64,000 bases of DNA from Eledone cirrhosa (lineage: Eukaryota). The DNA is taken from contig OZ024745.1 of NCBI GenBank assembly GCA_964016885.1, positions 126,356,001 through 126,420,000 of the forward strand. The letters run 5' to 3'. A model generated the notes under the pieces. The model was given only the letters and a program-made list of their open reading frames with translations. It made no database searches and had not been told where the DNA came from. Positions within the stretch are counted from its first letter, which is position 1; each line of letters opens with the position of its first letter. This document shows, piece by piece, positions 27,012-41,855 of the stretch. The position numbers and the translations under genes were made by a program.

Positions 27012-27147
27012 TGGTGGTGTGCTCATGCGCTGCGCAGGGATGCTATAAAATAACTTATAAAATAGGGTGAAAACCCTTAGAGACGGAAAATGATGTTGCC
27101 TATTTTATAAGCTATTTCATAGCACCTTTGCGTATTGGCACACCATC
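27012..27147. repeat. Imperfect fold-back element
   Basis: ggtgtgc..gcagggatgctataaaataacttataaaatagg pairs with cctattttataagctatttcatagcacctttgc..gcacacc. Confidence 0.75.
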
Positions 27148-27618
27148 TTTATATCAACTTTCTCCCCCCAGCGTTTTGTAAAAGTCCGAGAAATCGGTTA
27201 AGTATATATATAAATATATATATGTATATCTATATGTGTGCGTGTGTGTGTGTGTGTGTGTGTTTGTGTGTGTGTGTGCGTGCGTGTGTGTGTGTACGTG
27301 TGTGTGTACGCGTGTGTATATATATATATATATATAGTGCATTACTGATACTTCATTTCATCGAACCAGTAAGGATGAAAGGGAAAGTTTAATTCGACAA
27401 GATTTGAACTCAGAACGTAAAGGGCCGTAACTCTATGCCATATAGCATGTTGTCCGCAGATCCTCCGATACTGCCAATCCACTTATACTGCAATTACATT
27501 AGGAAAGAGTTATTTTATCCATTCAAGAAACAAAACGAACTATTAAATTCACTTTACATTTATCATTTATTTGATTGGTCTGAACATCTTCGTTGAACTG
27601 TTTATTGCCTGGTTACTG

Positions 27619-27710
27619 ATACTGCAATCCATTATAGTCTTATACTGCAATCCATTATAGTCTTATACTGCAATCAATTATAGTCTTATACTGCAATCAA
27701 TTATAGTTTT
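27619..27710. repeat. 23-bp minisatellite, four copies
   Basis: Unit atactgcaatc(c/a)attatagtctt. Confidence 0.92.
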
Positions 27711-29029
27711 ATCCATTTATCATGAATGTTAAGCGGGGAATACTTCAATTAACGGACATTAGAAGATAAACAAATATTTGTGGTGAAATAATCTTATCTA
27801 TTTTCCATAAACATGTTTATGGCCTGAAGAAGACTAAGTTAGCTAAAGAATTTTGTGGTTTTATAATCACCACAGGGGGTATATTGAAAAGAGCCAGTGA
27901 GATAGGAGAAGGGGGATTGGAATGGGACTGGTATCTACAGGAAGGTTATTTAGGGTCAAAGTAGAAAATGAAAGGAATCCAGGAATCCAGGAAAAAAGAA
28001 GTTGAGAAAGGAGAAATGTGATTAATTTATATAGGTTAGTACACGCATATACACATACAAATATCTACCCAAATGAACATATATACATAGATGCATACAC
28101 GCTCATACACACACACATACCCCGCCCCCCTCACACCACACACATACACATATATATAGGTATATATATATATTATGATAATAATATGGATGAGGTGTTA
28201 AATTTTCATTCCATACTACCTCAAAAAATGTAATGAAAATTTAACACCACGTGCCATATTATAATTATTATTATACGGTGGGTTGGCAGTGTCGGTGGAG
28301 GGTCGGTGGAGGGTCGGACGCCATGCTTTGCAGCATAGAGTTACGGCTCTTTACGGCCTGAGTTCAAATCCGGGTGTCACGTTGTTTTGAAAGACCTTTA
28401 TTTTATCGACCTCTGAAGAATAAAGGAGCAATATTGACTTCAGCCGGATTTCTACTCAGAATATATGTATCACCCTCATATATAGTTACAATAATTCATT
28501 CTAACATTGGTACAAGGCCAGCAATTTGGGGGAAGTGGAACGTCGACTACATCAGCTCCCATAATTCACTGGCATTTTGATTTAGCAATCTCGGTAAGAA
28601 AGAAAAGTAAAGTTGACCTCGGCGGAACTTGAACTCAGAACATACTGAGCAGAAACAAAGAAGGTAAAGCATTTTATCCGATGCTCTAATAATTCTGCTA
28701 CATGAAATAAAGAATCTAAAAGAGTTCAAGGTTTGTAAAGATGTAAACGTTATAAAGATTAGAAATAGTGTTTGTAATTAGCGAAGATTTCATGCGCTCA
28801 GCTGATTAAACTAACTTAGACTTGGGGATTTGAGATAAACTGAGAATGATCAAGGGATCAGATAGCTCATTATATTAAATTGGATAAGTGCTTTGTTTTC
28901 TGTCAGCGTAGAAAGTCAGAAATTAAATTTAGTAGAAATGGCGATTGTCTAAAGGAGCAAGGAGCTAGTGGTGAATCAGACAATATATATGCACACATAC
29001 ACATACATATATACATATATACATACATC

Positions 29030-29144
<115 letters not shown>

Positions 29145-29390
29145 AGGTCGATAAAATAAAGTACCAGTAATACACTGGGATAATTGGTGGCCTTATGTCA
29201 AAAGTAGAAACAATTATTAGTTCATTCAATTTACTTCAGTTTAAATTAATTTAGTTGAAGTCCTATGTATCTATATTTATATATCTATATATCTATTTAT
29301 CTATCTATCTGTCTATTTATCTATCTGTCTAACTAATTAGCTAGCTAGCTACCTATTCACCTACCTACCCATCTATCTTTCTATCTTTAT

Positions 29391-29983
29391 GTCGAACAGC
29401 TGCTGTCACGTGTGGCATGCATCCAGTTGTCAGCCGGGTCCATCTTGAGGATCACCCCCGCCGCCTTCATTTAAGAATGAAGGAGAGGCGGTTTTCCTTT
29501 ATCTGGTGGCTATGGCGAAAGAGTTAATATGGTGGACGAGGTTAAAAGGACAGAGGGCAAGCACCTTTGTCCCCGGACAACAACTTATCCCCTTCTTTAA
29601 GGACCACTTCAGAAGGAAGGTGAGAGTGGAGAGAGAGGTGCTACACCCCAGTAAATTCGCTGAAAGGTGGGTGAATGTGGCTAAAATGGCCCGAGTGAAT
29701 GGGCCTTCTCTGTATATAAACCTGTAGGTTGAGGAAGATAAACAGAGAGAAGACAGGAATACCTACAAAACGTGTTCCTGGTGATGAGGGTTGTTCTATC
29801 CAGAGGGTGTAAAACAACCCTGCAGTAACGTTCCCTCCTATTAGGGATTTCAATTGTTATTTTATTATATATAGTTTATTGTTATTTATTAATGTTATAT
29901 GATTTTTATGTAAAACCCCCGCCGTCACGTCTTGTAATGTCCCATTTTTGTATGCCCTTGTGGCAAATAAAGAAAGATATCTT
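29391..29983 (+). mobile_element. 3' end of an L1/Tx1-like LINE
   Basis: GQQLIPFFKDHFRRKVRVEREVL...ERWVNVAKMA..SLYINL matches 52174-52359; ends gtggcaaataaagaaag. Confidence 0.9.
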
Positions 29984-30761
29984 TATGGGTAGAGGTGTAA
30001 CGGCTCGTTGGTGAGTTTTGGTTTAATTTTCTACCAGAAAAGCTGATATTTGTAAATGTTATTTTACATTCTTTTAAAGATAAACCAACTTGAAACTTCA
30101 GGTGGTTGGTTTCTCTAAGTTTCAAGCCCTTAGGGGCGACAATTTGCTCTGAAATTTTAGAAAATTGAAAAAATATTATCTGTGAAATTTAAGTATGTCG
30201 GTGGAACACCAAATTCTCAGAAACTAAAGAATACTCCTGGACAAGAGAGTGTGTAAGAAGATGTTATGTCTTCTACTGCGGCTATGTCGTATGTCGCCAT
30301 GACAACAGTGTCAACAGACAGTAGCGTGAAAAATGTTCGTGATATCGATAACAATGATGATGATGCTTTTTCAACCTTTGAACTCCAGTCCGACTCGCTG
30401 TCACGTGACAAGATTTTCTCGCTGCCCAGGCTGGATGTGGAGGTGAATGTGGGCTGCATTAAAAACATAATTCATGGGCGTAATTATAAGGTGTAAAGTT
30501 CAAATGCTTGGGTCAAAGACCAAAATAGCCTGTCTCCCTTTAACAAAGACTGGTGCGTTGTGATCCCTCTGTAACAAAGTTAATTTAAACAAATAGCGAT
30601 TTAAATATGAGAAAACAAAAAAACCTACAGGAGTTTACTCTAAACGTCTGTACAAACCAGCAGCCAATAGTAATAACTTTTATTCCCCACAAAGGCGCCG
30701 AATAAGGAAATACTAAACAGACAAATTGCATAATGTGCGGGGGGAAATAAAATAAATCTCA

Positions 30762-31173
<412 letters not shown>

Positions 31174-31232
31174 CATTTCGCACACAATTCAGTCTTCTAA
31201 GATTTTTAGAAGTGAAGGGATCGCTAATTCTT

Positions 31233-31314
31233 ACACCTACTGATGAACGGAGAGTTGGTGATGCCTTTGCTTAATAATAATTTTGCGAAACAGTTTCTAT
31301 AACTGTCTAGGTGT
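31233..31314 (+). ncRNA. Full-size type I hammerhead
   Basis: ACACCUA CUGAUGA [40 nt] GAAA CAGUU ucuau AACUG UC UAGGUGU; 7-bp stem I, 6-bp stem III, GUC site. Confidence 0.9.
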
Positions 31315-31727
31315 TTTCAGGCAGTTGCCCAATATAGGTTTGTTATTCTTTTTCTTAATTTACTATTTTAAATTAAGTCTGGCAAACCATATTGTTATAG
31401 TTAGTATTTTTTCACCCTAGCAAAACTTGTCCTTTACAATTCGAACACATGTATGTTTATATTCGTGTCTATCTCTCCTGTATATTCAACTATATATATA
31501 CATCTTCCTATTTACGTGTTTCTATATTTGTGTTTATCTCTCCTGTATATTCAACTATATATATATATAAACATCTTCCTATTTACGTGTTTCTATATTT
31601 GTGTTTATCTCTCCTGTATATTCAACTATATATATATATATATATTAATATTATAATGCTCAGTATTTATACTTTGAGCTTGTTAATTGCAGGGTATCAA
31701 TATGAGTTAATAACTCTATATTTTATT

Positions 31728-31832
<105 letters not shown>

Positions 31833-32571
31833 CCTATTTACGTGTTTCTATACATAAACCATTAATAGAACTCTATTTGTTGATTAATAAAATAAATAAA
31901 GAGCACTTAAAAGACTGCAAGAAAAACTGATTTATTTTCTAAAGTAAGATTAATAATTCAATAACGAATCTATTTCTGCACACAGGCAGATGGGAACGAC
32001 AGAAGATAAACCAATGAATTATTTTAAAAAATATAATCTTATTACGATTAGTGATAAGTAAGACAAATGCTTGATATATATCATAGTATTTAATATCATG
32101 AGTTGTATAAGGTTTCCAAGTGTATGTTATGTTTGAATATTGCCTTCTTTTAAAGATATCATGAAGGTTAATTGTGTTACACGAAGAATAACACTTGATC
32201 TTATTGAAAGATTGCAGTTGTGAAAATACCCTAACAAAGGGGTTTTTTGGAAGAAGAAGAAGAAGAAGAAGAAGAAGGATGATGAGGAGGAGAGTGAGGA
32301 GGAGGAGAGAAGAAGATGAAGGAGAAGAAGAAAAGAAGAAGAAGAAGGAGGAGGAGGAGAGAAGAAGAAGAAGAAGAAGAAGAAGAAGAAGAAGAAGAAG
32401 AAGAAGAAGAATGTAATTTTTGTTGTCATTATATATATATATATATATATAGATATGTGTGTGTGTGTGTGTGTAGATGTGTCCTCATATTTATTTACAT
32501 GAAATATACATTCATACAGACATACATGCATGCATACGTACACACATACACATATATACATATATACATAC

Positions 32572-33105
32572 ATGATGGCTGCCCCCTCGTTATCGAGTAT
32601 GGCCATTGCACGATATAACATTATTAATAATTATTAATTAATTCTATCATGCAATACCTGTGCGTGAAGAAATTTTTTAAGTGAGGAAAGACTGTGCACT
32701 GAGCCAATCCCACTCTCTGAGCGACAGTAGCTATAACCCGAAAAGAAGAAAATATCAACATCATCGGTAACTACTGAGCCGCAGGTTTTATATCGGAGTT
32801 ATCCCAGTTTCCTCAGTTGCCTTCTCCTAGAAGAATGCCCTGACAAAGGCTAGGGGTCCTTCACTCCCAGTGGTTTAACCGCATGGTACATGTGTATATA
32901 CATATTTACACACTTTCGGATGGCCGTTGACTCTTATGAGTTCTTCCGCCCTTTGTCAGGTTTTATTTTTGTCCTGTAGGGTGTCCAAAATCACCCTCCA
33001 CACCAAATAAACTTGGTGGGGTTGCCAGTTTAGTCGCTGACGACCCGATCATGCGACAGGTTGTACTGGGTTACATGTTACCAGTAGCACTCAAGAGTGA
33101 CCCGA
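32572..33105 (-). mobile_element. Non-coding RTE-derived element, apparently full length, (ATGT)n-flanked
   Basis: Other copies at 22862-23307 and 42684-42820. Confidence 0.7.
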
Positions 33106-34398
33106 CATAACAGACATACATACATGGATACATACATATATACCTGCAAACATACATACGTACGTGTGTAAATAAACTAATTAAGAAATTACAAGTACTG
33201 TAAAAAATTCTAGAACTTTAGTATGCAATAATCTCATATACACACATAGATATTGAAATATTTTAAGGTACATATATAACTAAACTCATACAGATCCAGG
33301 GTGTGATATATTTATTGACCTTCTAAAGCGACCGATTAGATATAAGGAGATAATGATCCCATAACTCCATGTGGAGTCGTAGAGGCACTGTCATACGGTG
33401 TGTCTAGGGCATTTTTTAAACCTGGTGGAGCCCAACCCTCTCCAGGTCTGAACACAGCCGATTTTTTCTATAGAGGAAGAACCGACCCCAGTACTGGGCT
33501 GGTACTTTCTTTATCGAACTCGAAAGGATGAAAGGCAAAGTTGACCACGGCGGGATTTGAACTCAGACGTCTTAACGACTCTGCCAATTCACCGCCATTA
33601 GATATACTGGAATGCTTATCTTTGCCTAGGTGTCTACTGAGTTGAAATCCCGCCGATTGCTGTCATCATATTATTGGAAGGTGCACAGATAACTATTATT
33701 TATAGATTTTTAAATCTATAAATAGAGGACAGTGGATTGGCAACATCGGTAGAGAGTCAGCTACCATGCTTTGCGGCATAGAGTTATGGCCCTTTACGTT
33801 CTGCGTGCAAATCTCACCGATGTTAGCTTTGACGTTCATCCTTACGTGGTCGATAAAATAAAGCACCCAAAAATTTGCTGACCTTTTGCCTAAATCAGAA
33901 ACCCGCCGAGGTTAACTTTATCTTTCATCCTTACGGGGTCGATAAAATAAAGTACCAGTAAGGCACTAGGGTAATTGTTGCGTTTGTGCCAAAAATGGAA
34001 ACAATTATTTATAGATTTAAAGAAAATGTTTTAGATGGTTTGTGGGGGCAAGTATTAAAGGAGTCAGTTTTTCAATTAGATATATGTCGTCCAAGCTGCT
34101 GGGGGACAATCAACGTGAGTCCTTTACATGTTAGAAACAACAACCTAATTTACATTAAATCACACATTATCACCTTTAAAACAAATCAGAAGAAACACAT
34201 TGGACAATGTAGTACTAGATACAAGATAAAGGGTGATCAAATCAGCAATGTCTTTGATTGTAGATCTGCTTGATCAAGAATGGATAAACCACAAATTAGT
34301 AGCAATAATAACTGGACAACCCACTCAATTATACCGATTTATGTCGAAAATTGGCTGTAGTCTAGGTAAGAAATCCTTATAGTGTGTGTATACACACC

Positions 34399-34925
<527 letters not shown>

Positions 34926-34962
34926 ATATATTATATATATATATATATATTATATATATATA

Positions 34963-35093
<131 letters not shown>

Positions 35094-35336
35094 TTAAGTA
35101 TCGTGAGAGAGAAAAAGTGGTTTAAAGGGATAAGTGATACATACAGTTAGTTGCCAATAGTTTGTGAATTCGTGCTCAAATATATATATATATATATAAA
35201 TATACATACATATATACATATATATACATATTCATCTATATACCTAATTATCTATTTATGTATATTTACTAATGTGCCTATTTCCGGACAAGTACATCAG
35301 CAACAACAACAAAGCGTGGATTCGAAAGGTAGTTCG

Positions 35337-35400
<64 letters not shown>

Positions 35401-35435
35401 ACAGAGTCATCGAAATTTAATGGATATATGTTTGA

Positions 35436-35606
35436 TAATTGTTTCTACTTTAGCCACAAGGCCAGCAATTACCCAGTGCATTACTGGTACTTTATTTTAT
35501 CGACCCCGTAAGGATGAAAGGCAAAGTCAACCTCGGCGGGATTTGAACTCAGATCGTAAAGAGACGTAACTATGCTGGAAAGCATGGCGTCCGACCCTCT
35601 ACTGAT
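35436..35606 (-). mobile_element. Meta-domain-type SINE with 17-bp TSD
   Basis: gatatatgtttgataat on both sides. Confidence 0.93.
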
Positions 35607-35987
35607 ATATGTTTGATAATGATTAAAGGAAATATGGAGTAATCCCTTATATATTAAGAATTGCTTACTTTAATCACGAAGCCAATTCCAATTTTATCTG
35701 CTGCTTATTTTGTCAAAGTTAAATGGACAATAGTATCCAGTGCAACAGAATTTTAAAGCAGCATTTGTAGCAAAAGATTTGGCAGATATTTATTTTATAC
35801 AACTGTTTATGTGCTATTTGGAGGAATAGAATGCTTTAGTTGATATCGATTTTTGCACACAGATAAATATTTCCATCTACTTTGAGAAAGGACAAATATA
35901 TTAAATACACAATTACTTGATAAGTAAGAAATGCGTGGTTCGATTCGTATCAGTGTGTGTTTATTCTTCGATTTCCTATTTCTATAT

Positions 35988-36018
<31 letters not shown>

Positions 36019-36066
36019 TATGTATGTATGTATGTATATATATATATATGTGTGTATATATATATA

Positions 36067-36131
<65 letters not shown>

Positions 36132-36150
36132 ATATGTATGTATATATATG

Positions 36151-36181
<31 letters not shown>

Positions 36182-36205
36182 GTATTTATATATATATATA
36201 TATAT

Positions 36206-36307
<102 letters not shown>

Positions 36308-36468
36308 TCATTCTCTCTCTCTCTCTCTCTCGCTCACACATATATAAAGAATTGTTATTTGAAAGCTACAAGGTAAAATTTTGCATTGTCTTCTTCTTCT
36401 TCTTCTTCTTTTTCTTCTTCTTCTTCTTCTTCTTCTTCTTCTTCTTCTTCGTTAAGCATGTTGTTGGG

Positions 36469-36525
<57 letters not shown>

Positions 36526-36721
36526 TACGGTCTGAGTTCAAATCCCGCCGAGGTTAACTTTGCCTTTCATCCTTACGGGGTCGATAAAATAAAGTACCAG
36601 TAATGTACTGAGTAATTGCTGACCTCGTGACAAAAGTAGAAACAATTATTATCATTCGTAATAGTAGTAGTAGTAGTAGCAGTAGTAGTAGTAGAAGCAG
36701 CAGTAGTAGTAGTAGCATTAA

Positions 36722-36766
<45 letters not shown>

Positions 36767-37493
36767 CTGATGCAACAGCACCGGATGTTGTAATAGTAGA
36801 AGTAGTAGTGGCAATTGCTGCAGCAATAGAAATTGTTTGCGATAAGGCGTGTAAAATAATCAGCATTTTTAATAAAGAGCAACGGCCGATAAACTGTTAA
36901 CATCCCTTTGTTGCCATTCTTCAGTTTAAAGAATTCGCTGACATTTTTATATTAACAGCAAATATATTAGCAATTGATGCAAAGCTTTCCAAGATGGTTA
37001 AAAGCAATAACTTCTGTACGGTTCACAAACCTTTTCGAAATACACTTGTTTATGATATATAGAATATTATTCTATTATTTAACTCATTATATAAGAAGAG
37101 AATTTAGGCAAACCTCCAAAATTTTGTGACTTAACCTCAATCATTTTCTTTGCGAAATATTGCTGTATATCTTATATTTATATCTCTATATAATTTAAAT
37201 AACTTAATTTATATTCATTTAGAAAGTGTATGAATCTCAAACACAAAAAATAATAATGTCACAGTCGAATCCTATATACAACAGCTTTAAAAAGTTGTGC
37301 AAAATGTTCCTATGAATGGAAAGAAGTGATTCCATAAGGGTCTTTTATGTAGATTAAGCTCCGTCGTATAGGGATATTTTACTTCAATGCGGTGAGTATG
37401 TAGTTCCATATTCAAGCTATCGTTCTTTCTTCATTGAGAATAATTGAAATGCGTGAATATTGTGATTGGAAATGTTATTATGTACAAGATAGA

Positions 37494-38160
37494 AGGCGGT
37501 CGATTGGCAGTATCGGTAGAAGGTCAGACGCCATGCTTTGCAGCATAGAGTTACGCCCCGTTATTGTCTGGGTTCTAATGCCGCCGAGGTTAACTTTGCC
37601 TTTCGGGGTCGATAAAATAAAGTAACAGTAACGTACTGGGGTCGATTTAATCGATTTTCCCTTTCCCCCAAATTGCTGGCCTTGTGCCATTATGTACAAG
37701 AAACCATTATGTACACGATAATGATACGAATAAATAAAAAAAAACAACACAATACCTTTAGAAGAGTATGTCATGTGTCACATTTTGTTAGTTGGATGGA
37801 CAAAAGTGATTCTATAGAGGAAACGCTTTTCTACACACTTTTCTAAACCATTCCCGCCGAGGTTAACTTTGCCTTTCATCCTTACGGGGTCGATAAAATA
37901 AAGTACCAGTAATGCACTGGAATAATTGCTGGCCTTGTGCCAAAAGTAGAAACAATTATTTATAGTAATCACGGCGGTGGGTATCGGTAGAGGGTCGGAC
38001 GCCATGCTTTGCAGCAAAGAGTTACGGCCCATTATTATTTGATTTCAAATCCCGTCGAGTTTAACTTTGCCTTTCATCCTAACGGGGTCGATAAAATAAT
38101 GTACCAGTAATGCACTGAGATAATTGCTGACCTTGTGCCAAAATTAGAAACAATTATTTA
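37494..38160 (+). mobile_element. Cluster of three Meta-domain-type SINEs
   Basis: Copies at about 37494, 37852 and 37972. Confidence 0.9.
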
Positions 38161-39108
38161 TAGTAATCGACTGTTGTTACTGTTATTTTCTGTATTTGGG
38201 ATTCTTTTATTTTTTTAACGAATTTCAAATTACCCATTGCTCCGATTGTTTGTATTGACGGAACCTAATTTATATAGATGACCCTTTTTGAAAAGCAAAA
38301 CTATTAGTTAACCCACACACTAGACAGCCAGCCCTTCCTTCTACAACCTACCACCAAGGCCGGAATTTAGATCTTGTTGGCCCCTCATACACAAAAAAAA
38401 AATATAGAATACACACACAACTTCCAATTTTACATATCAAAGTCGGCTGGTGCAACTAACAGGAATTGAAAAGCTATATATGCATGTATTAAACATCCTC
38501 TGGCATGTGTTGGACAGGTTGTCGCAGTCTGGACCAGACATATCTGAGAGACATCATCTTGCTCATAAATTACATATTTGTCATGGTTTCTATGGTTGTA
38601 TGCCCATCCTAATATCCCCTTCTTCTTCTTCTTCTTCTTCTTCTTCTTGGGATAATGTTGGCATGAGTGTGTGTGTGTTTGTGTGTATGTATATAGGTAT
38701 GCATGTGAAAAGTCAGCAAGTAAAACAACACGGGGGATTATAGATTAAAGGTTATATTTTTTTATATATTTTAGAGAGTGTGTGATGTCTAGTGACATCT
38801 GGGTGAATGATAGTATGTGTGAACCTCTGTGTTTGGAAGGGCCCATGGCGGGATTAGAACTCGGAAGGTAAATAGCTGGAATAAATACTATAAAAGGTAT
38901 TTAAAACTACGGTTTAACAATTCTACCAGTTCACTCCCCTTCTACATAGACGAGCGTGGAACATATAAAAACAATGAGTATTGCTGGTACTCATTTGGAG
39001 CAACATGAAATGAAGTGTTTTGCTCAAGAACACAACACGCAACCCAGGAATCGAACCCACGACATTATGATCGTAAGACCAACACCCTTACCACTAGGCC
39101 ACGTGCCT

Positions 39109-39157
<49 letters not shown>

Positions 39158-39238
39158 ATATGTGTTTGTGTGTGTATATTTGTGTGTGCGTGTTTGTGTT
39201 TGTGTGTGTGTGTGTGTGTATATGTGTGTGTGTATATT

Positions 39239-39269
<31 letters not shown>

Positions 39270-39274
39270 ATATT

Positions 39275-39307
<33 letters not shown>

Positions 39308-39740
39308 GACTGCTCTCTCATTTGTTGTTGACTGCTTGTGATCTCTCTCAGTCTCTCCCCTCTATCTCTATCTAGTTGTCTCAATCTCTTATCTATCTAT
39401 TTAGCTATTTAATTTCCATTTTTATAACAACTCCTTTTTCTCTCTTCCATCTCTCCCCGTACAGCCCTGAGAGAAAAAGAGAAGCAGCTAACAAAAAGGG
39501 CCACATGACAGGTATTGTGTTCTTGTTTTATTCATTTGTATCCTTATCAAACTTCCAATACACTGTTCCCACATTTCAATTATTCTCAACGAACAAAGAA
39601 CGATAGCACTCAAGGAAAATATCCCTATACCAATGAGAGCATAATCTACATAAATGATTAATTAGTAAATTGTGCTGAGAAACACAGTGTAATGAGAACA
39701 ACCACGAAACCTCACTAAGACACACTCGGAATACAAAGCA

Positions 39741-39924
39741 ATAATTGTTTCTACTTTAGGCACAAGGCCAGCAATTACCCAGTGCATTACTGGTACTTTA
39801 TTTTATCGACCCCGTAAGGATGAAAGGCAAAGTCAACCTCGGCGGGATTTGAACTCAGATCATAAAGGGACGTAACTATGCTGGAAAGCATGGCGTCCGA
39901 CCCTCTACCGATACTGCCAATCCA
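39741..39924 (-). mobile_element. Meta-domain-type SINE with TSD
   Basis: acaaagcaataat on both sides. Confidence 0.93.
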
Positions 39925-40214
39925 CAAAGCAATAATGGCAGATCATGGATTATATGATTCAAGAACATTGAAGGGGAACTCCTAGAAATAACGAAACCAG
40001 TAAGATTAAAAATTACATTAATAATTTCGAAATGGAAACTAAAATCTGACATCACAATCATTAAATATTCTAACAATATTTTCCCATTTTGAAATAAAAC
40101 AAAAATAACAAATAAATAACTAAAAAAATGGGAAAAAAGACATGTCCACAAAGCTCTTAATGTGTAATATCACACAAAAATATCTACACTAACATTAGTA
40201 ACAATGCAAAAATA

Positions 40215-40421
40215 ATGGTTTCTTAGGCCGCCAATTTTAGGGGAGGGGAAAGTCGCTTAAATCGACCCCAGTGCGTGACTGGTACTTTATTTTATCGACC
40301 CCGTAAGAATGAAAGGCAAAGTTAACCTCGGCGGGATTTGAACTCAGATCACAAAGAGCCGTAACTCTATGCTGCAAAGCATGTTGTCAGACGCTCTACC
40401 GATACTGCTAATCGACCGCCC
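40215..40421 (-). mobile_element. Meta-domain-type SINE, long-tail variant, with TSD
   Basis: taacaa(t/a)gcaaaaataa on both sides. Confidence 0.9.
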
Positions 40422-40972
40422 TTAACAAAGCAAAAATAACCTTGAAACTTGAACTAGATAGCAAAATGCAGTGTTGAACCAAACAGTAAGCATATATAAC
40501 GTATAAAACCCCCAAAGGGAGATTTATCACGAACACCAATTACAGGCTAAATCTTGTTAAATGTGAGCTTGGGAAAATCAGCAAACGGATACTACACTTC
40601 ATGAATGATATAATTATAAAGTCCACTAGATTGTGATAATGGACAGTAATTAACTGGTCTTGCAATATTAACGGTAAAAATAGATGCAAATTATTCCAGT
40701 TTGATATTATCGAATTTTATCCGTCAATTTCCTGTTCTCGCCATCATTACTGCGGTCCTTGAATTTAGAAAGATACATTATGATATTGGTGAGAGCAATG
40801 TCAACATAATCATACGCAATAGAAATTCAGTTCATCCCAACATAAGTTCTGATTGAGTAGTAAAATACATAAATGAACGATGATACTAGTCGGTTACAAT
40901 TTGTCGAAAGACCAGTGGTTTACTAACGGGGTCTAATTTTACAGCGTTTCTAAATGTATATTTATTAAATGT

Positions 40973-41855
40973 ACTAGCAGAAAAACCACTCTTGGGGGGG
41001 GGGGGGTCTGCTAGCATGTGTAGTGTGTATATTGATATTATACGCAAATAGATATTGATATTAAACGCATGTAAATAGGATACGTCAAATAAAATCGCAA
41101 TTGACAATATACACAGAAATTGAAGAGAGACTATGTTACACTGTCTTCTGTAATCAGTAAAGTAATCCACGATATATTAAAATAGACGATATTATATACA
41201 AAACTGTTAGCTTTGCCTTTCATCCTTACGGGGTCGATAAAATAAAATACCAGTAATGTACTGGGTAATTGCTGGCCTTGTGCCTAAAGTAGAAACAATT
41301 ATATACCAAACTGCATTATGGCGAAATGTAATGAAAACGGAAAAGGAGAAAATTAGTGACAGAAATATAAACGTTATGATATAACGATGCACATATATTA
41401 AGGTTTATATAAGCGATATGTGATATAGCGTCCGTTATTTCATAACCGGAAGTAGTGAAATTTGAAAATTATAAAAGAAGTGAACCTTAAAATATGCAAT
41501 CATTATATATAAGAATATTTATGTTTAATCAACAGCTACGAAATTTAGTACATAAATTATGTAATATTCATTCATTATGATTGGCAGTATGAGTAGAGAG
41601 TCGGACACCATGCTTTGAAGCATAGAGTTACGTCCCTTTATGATCTGAGTTCAAATCCCGCCGAGGTTAACTTTGTCTTTCATCCTTACGGGGTCGATAA
41701 AATGAAGTACCAGTAATGTACTGGGTAATTGCTGGCCTTGTGCCAAAAAATAGAAACAATTATTTATTCAAAGTAATCCAACTTATTTTATTAACAGGAA
41801 AAAAATATATATATTCAGGACGCAGTCCCGCACTCCTCCCTTTATTATATTATGA
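40973..41855 (-). mobile_element. Helitron-like repeat interrupted by two SINEs (41207-41302, 41578-41763)
   Basis: Colinear with the uninterrupted copy at 62760-63151; CTAG end at 40973. Confidence 0.7.

Noticed and set aside
30217-30496. Non-repetitive-looking ORF of 76 aa
   Set aside because: Short, with an in-frame stop just upstream and no recognisable homology; cannot be supported without a search.
33040-33095. Hatchet or twister ribozyme resemblance
   Set aside because: Only a TACTG...CAGTACAA fragment resembles hatchet; the remaining conserved elements were not found.
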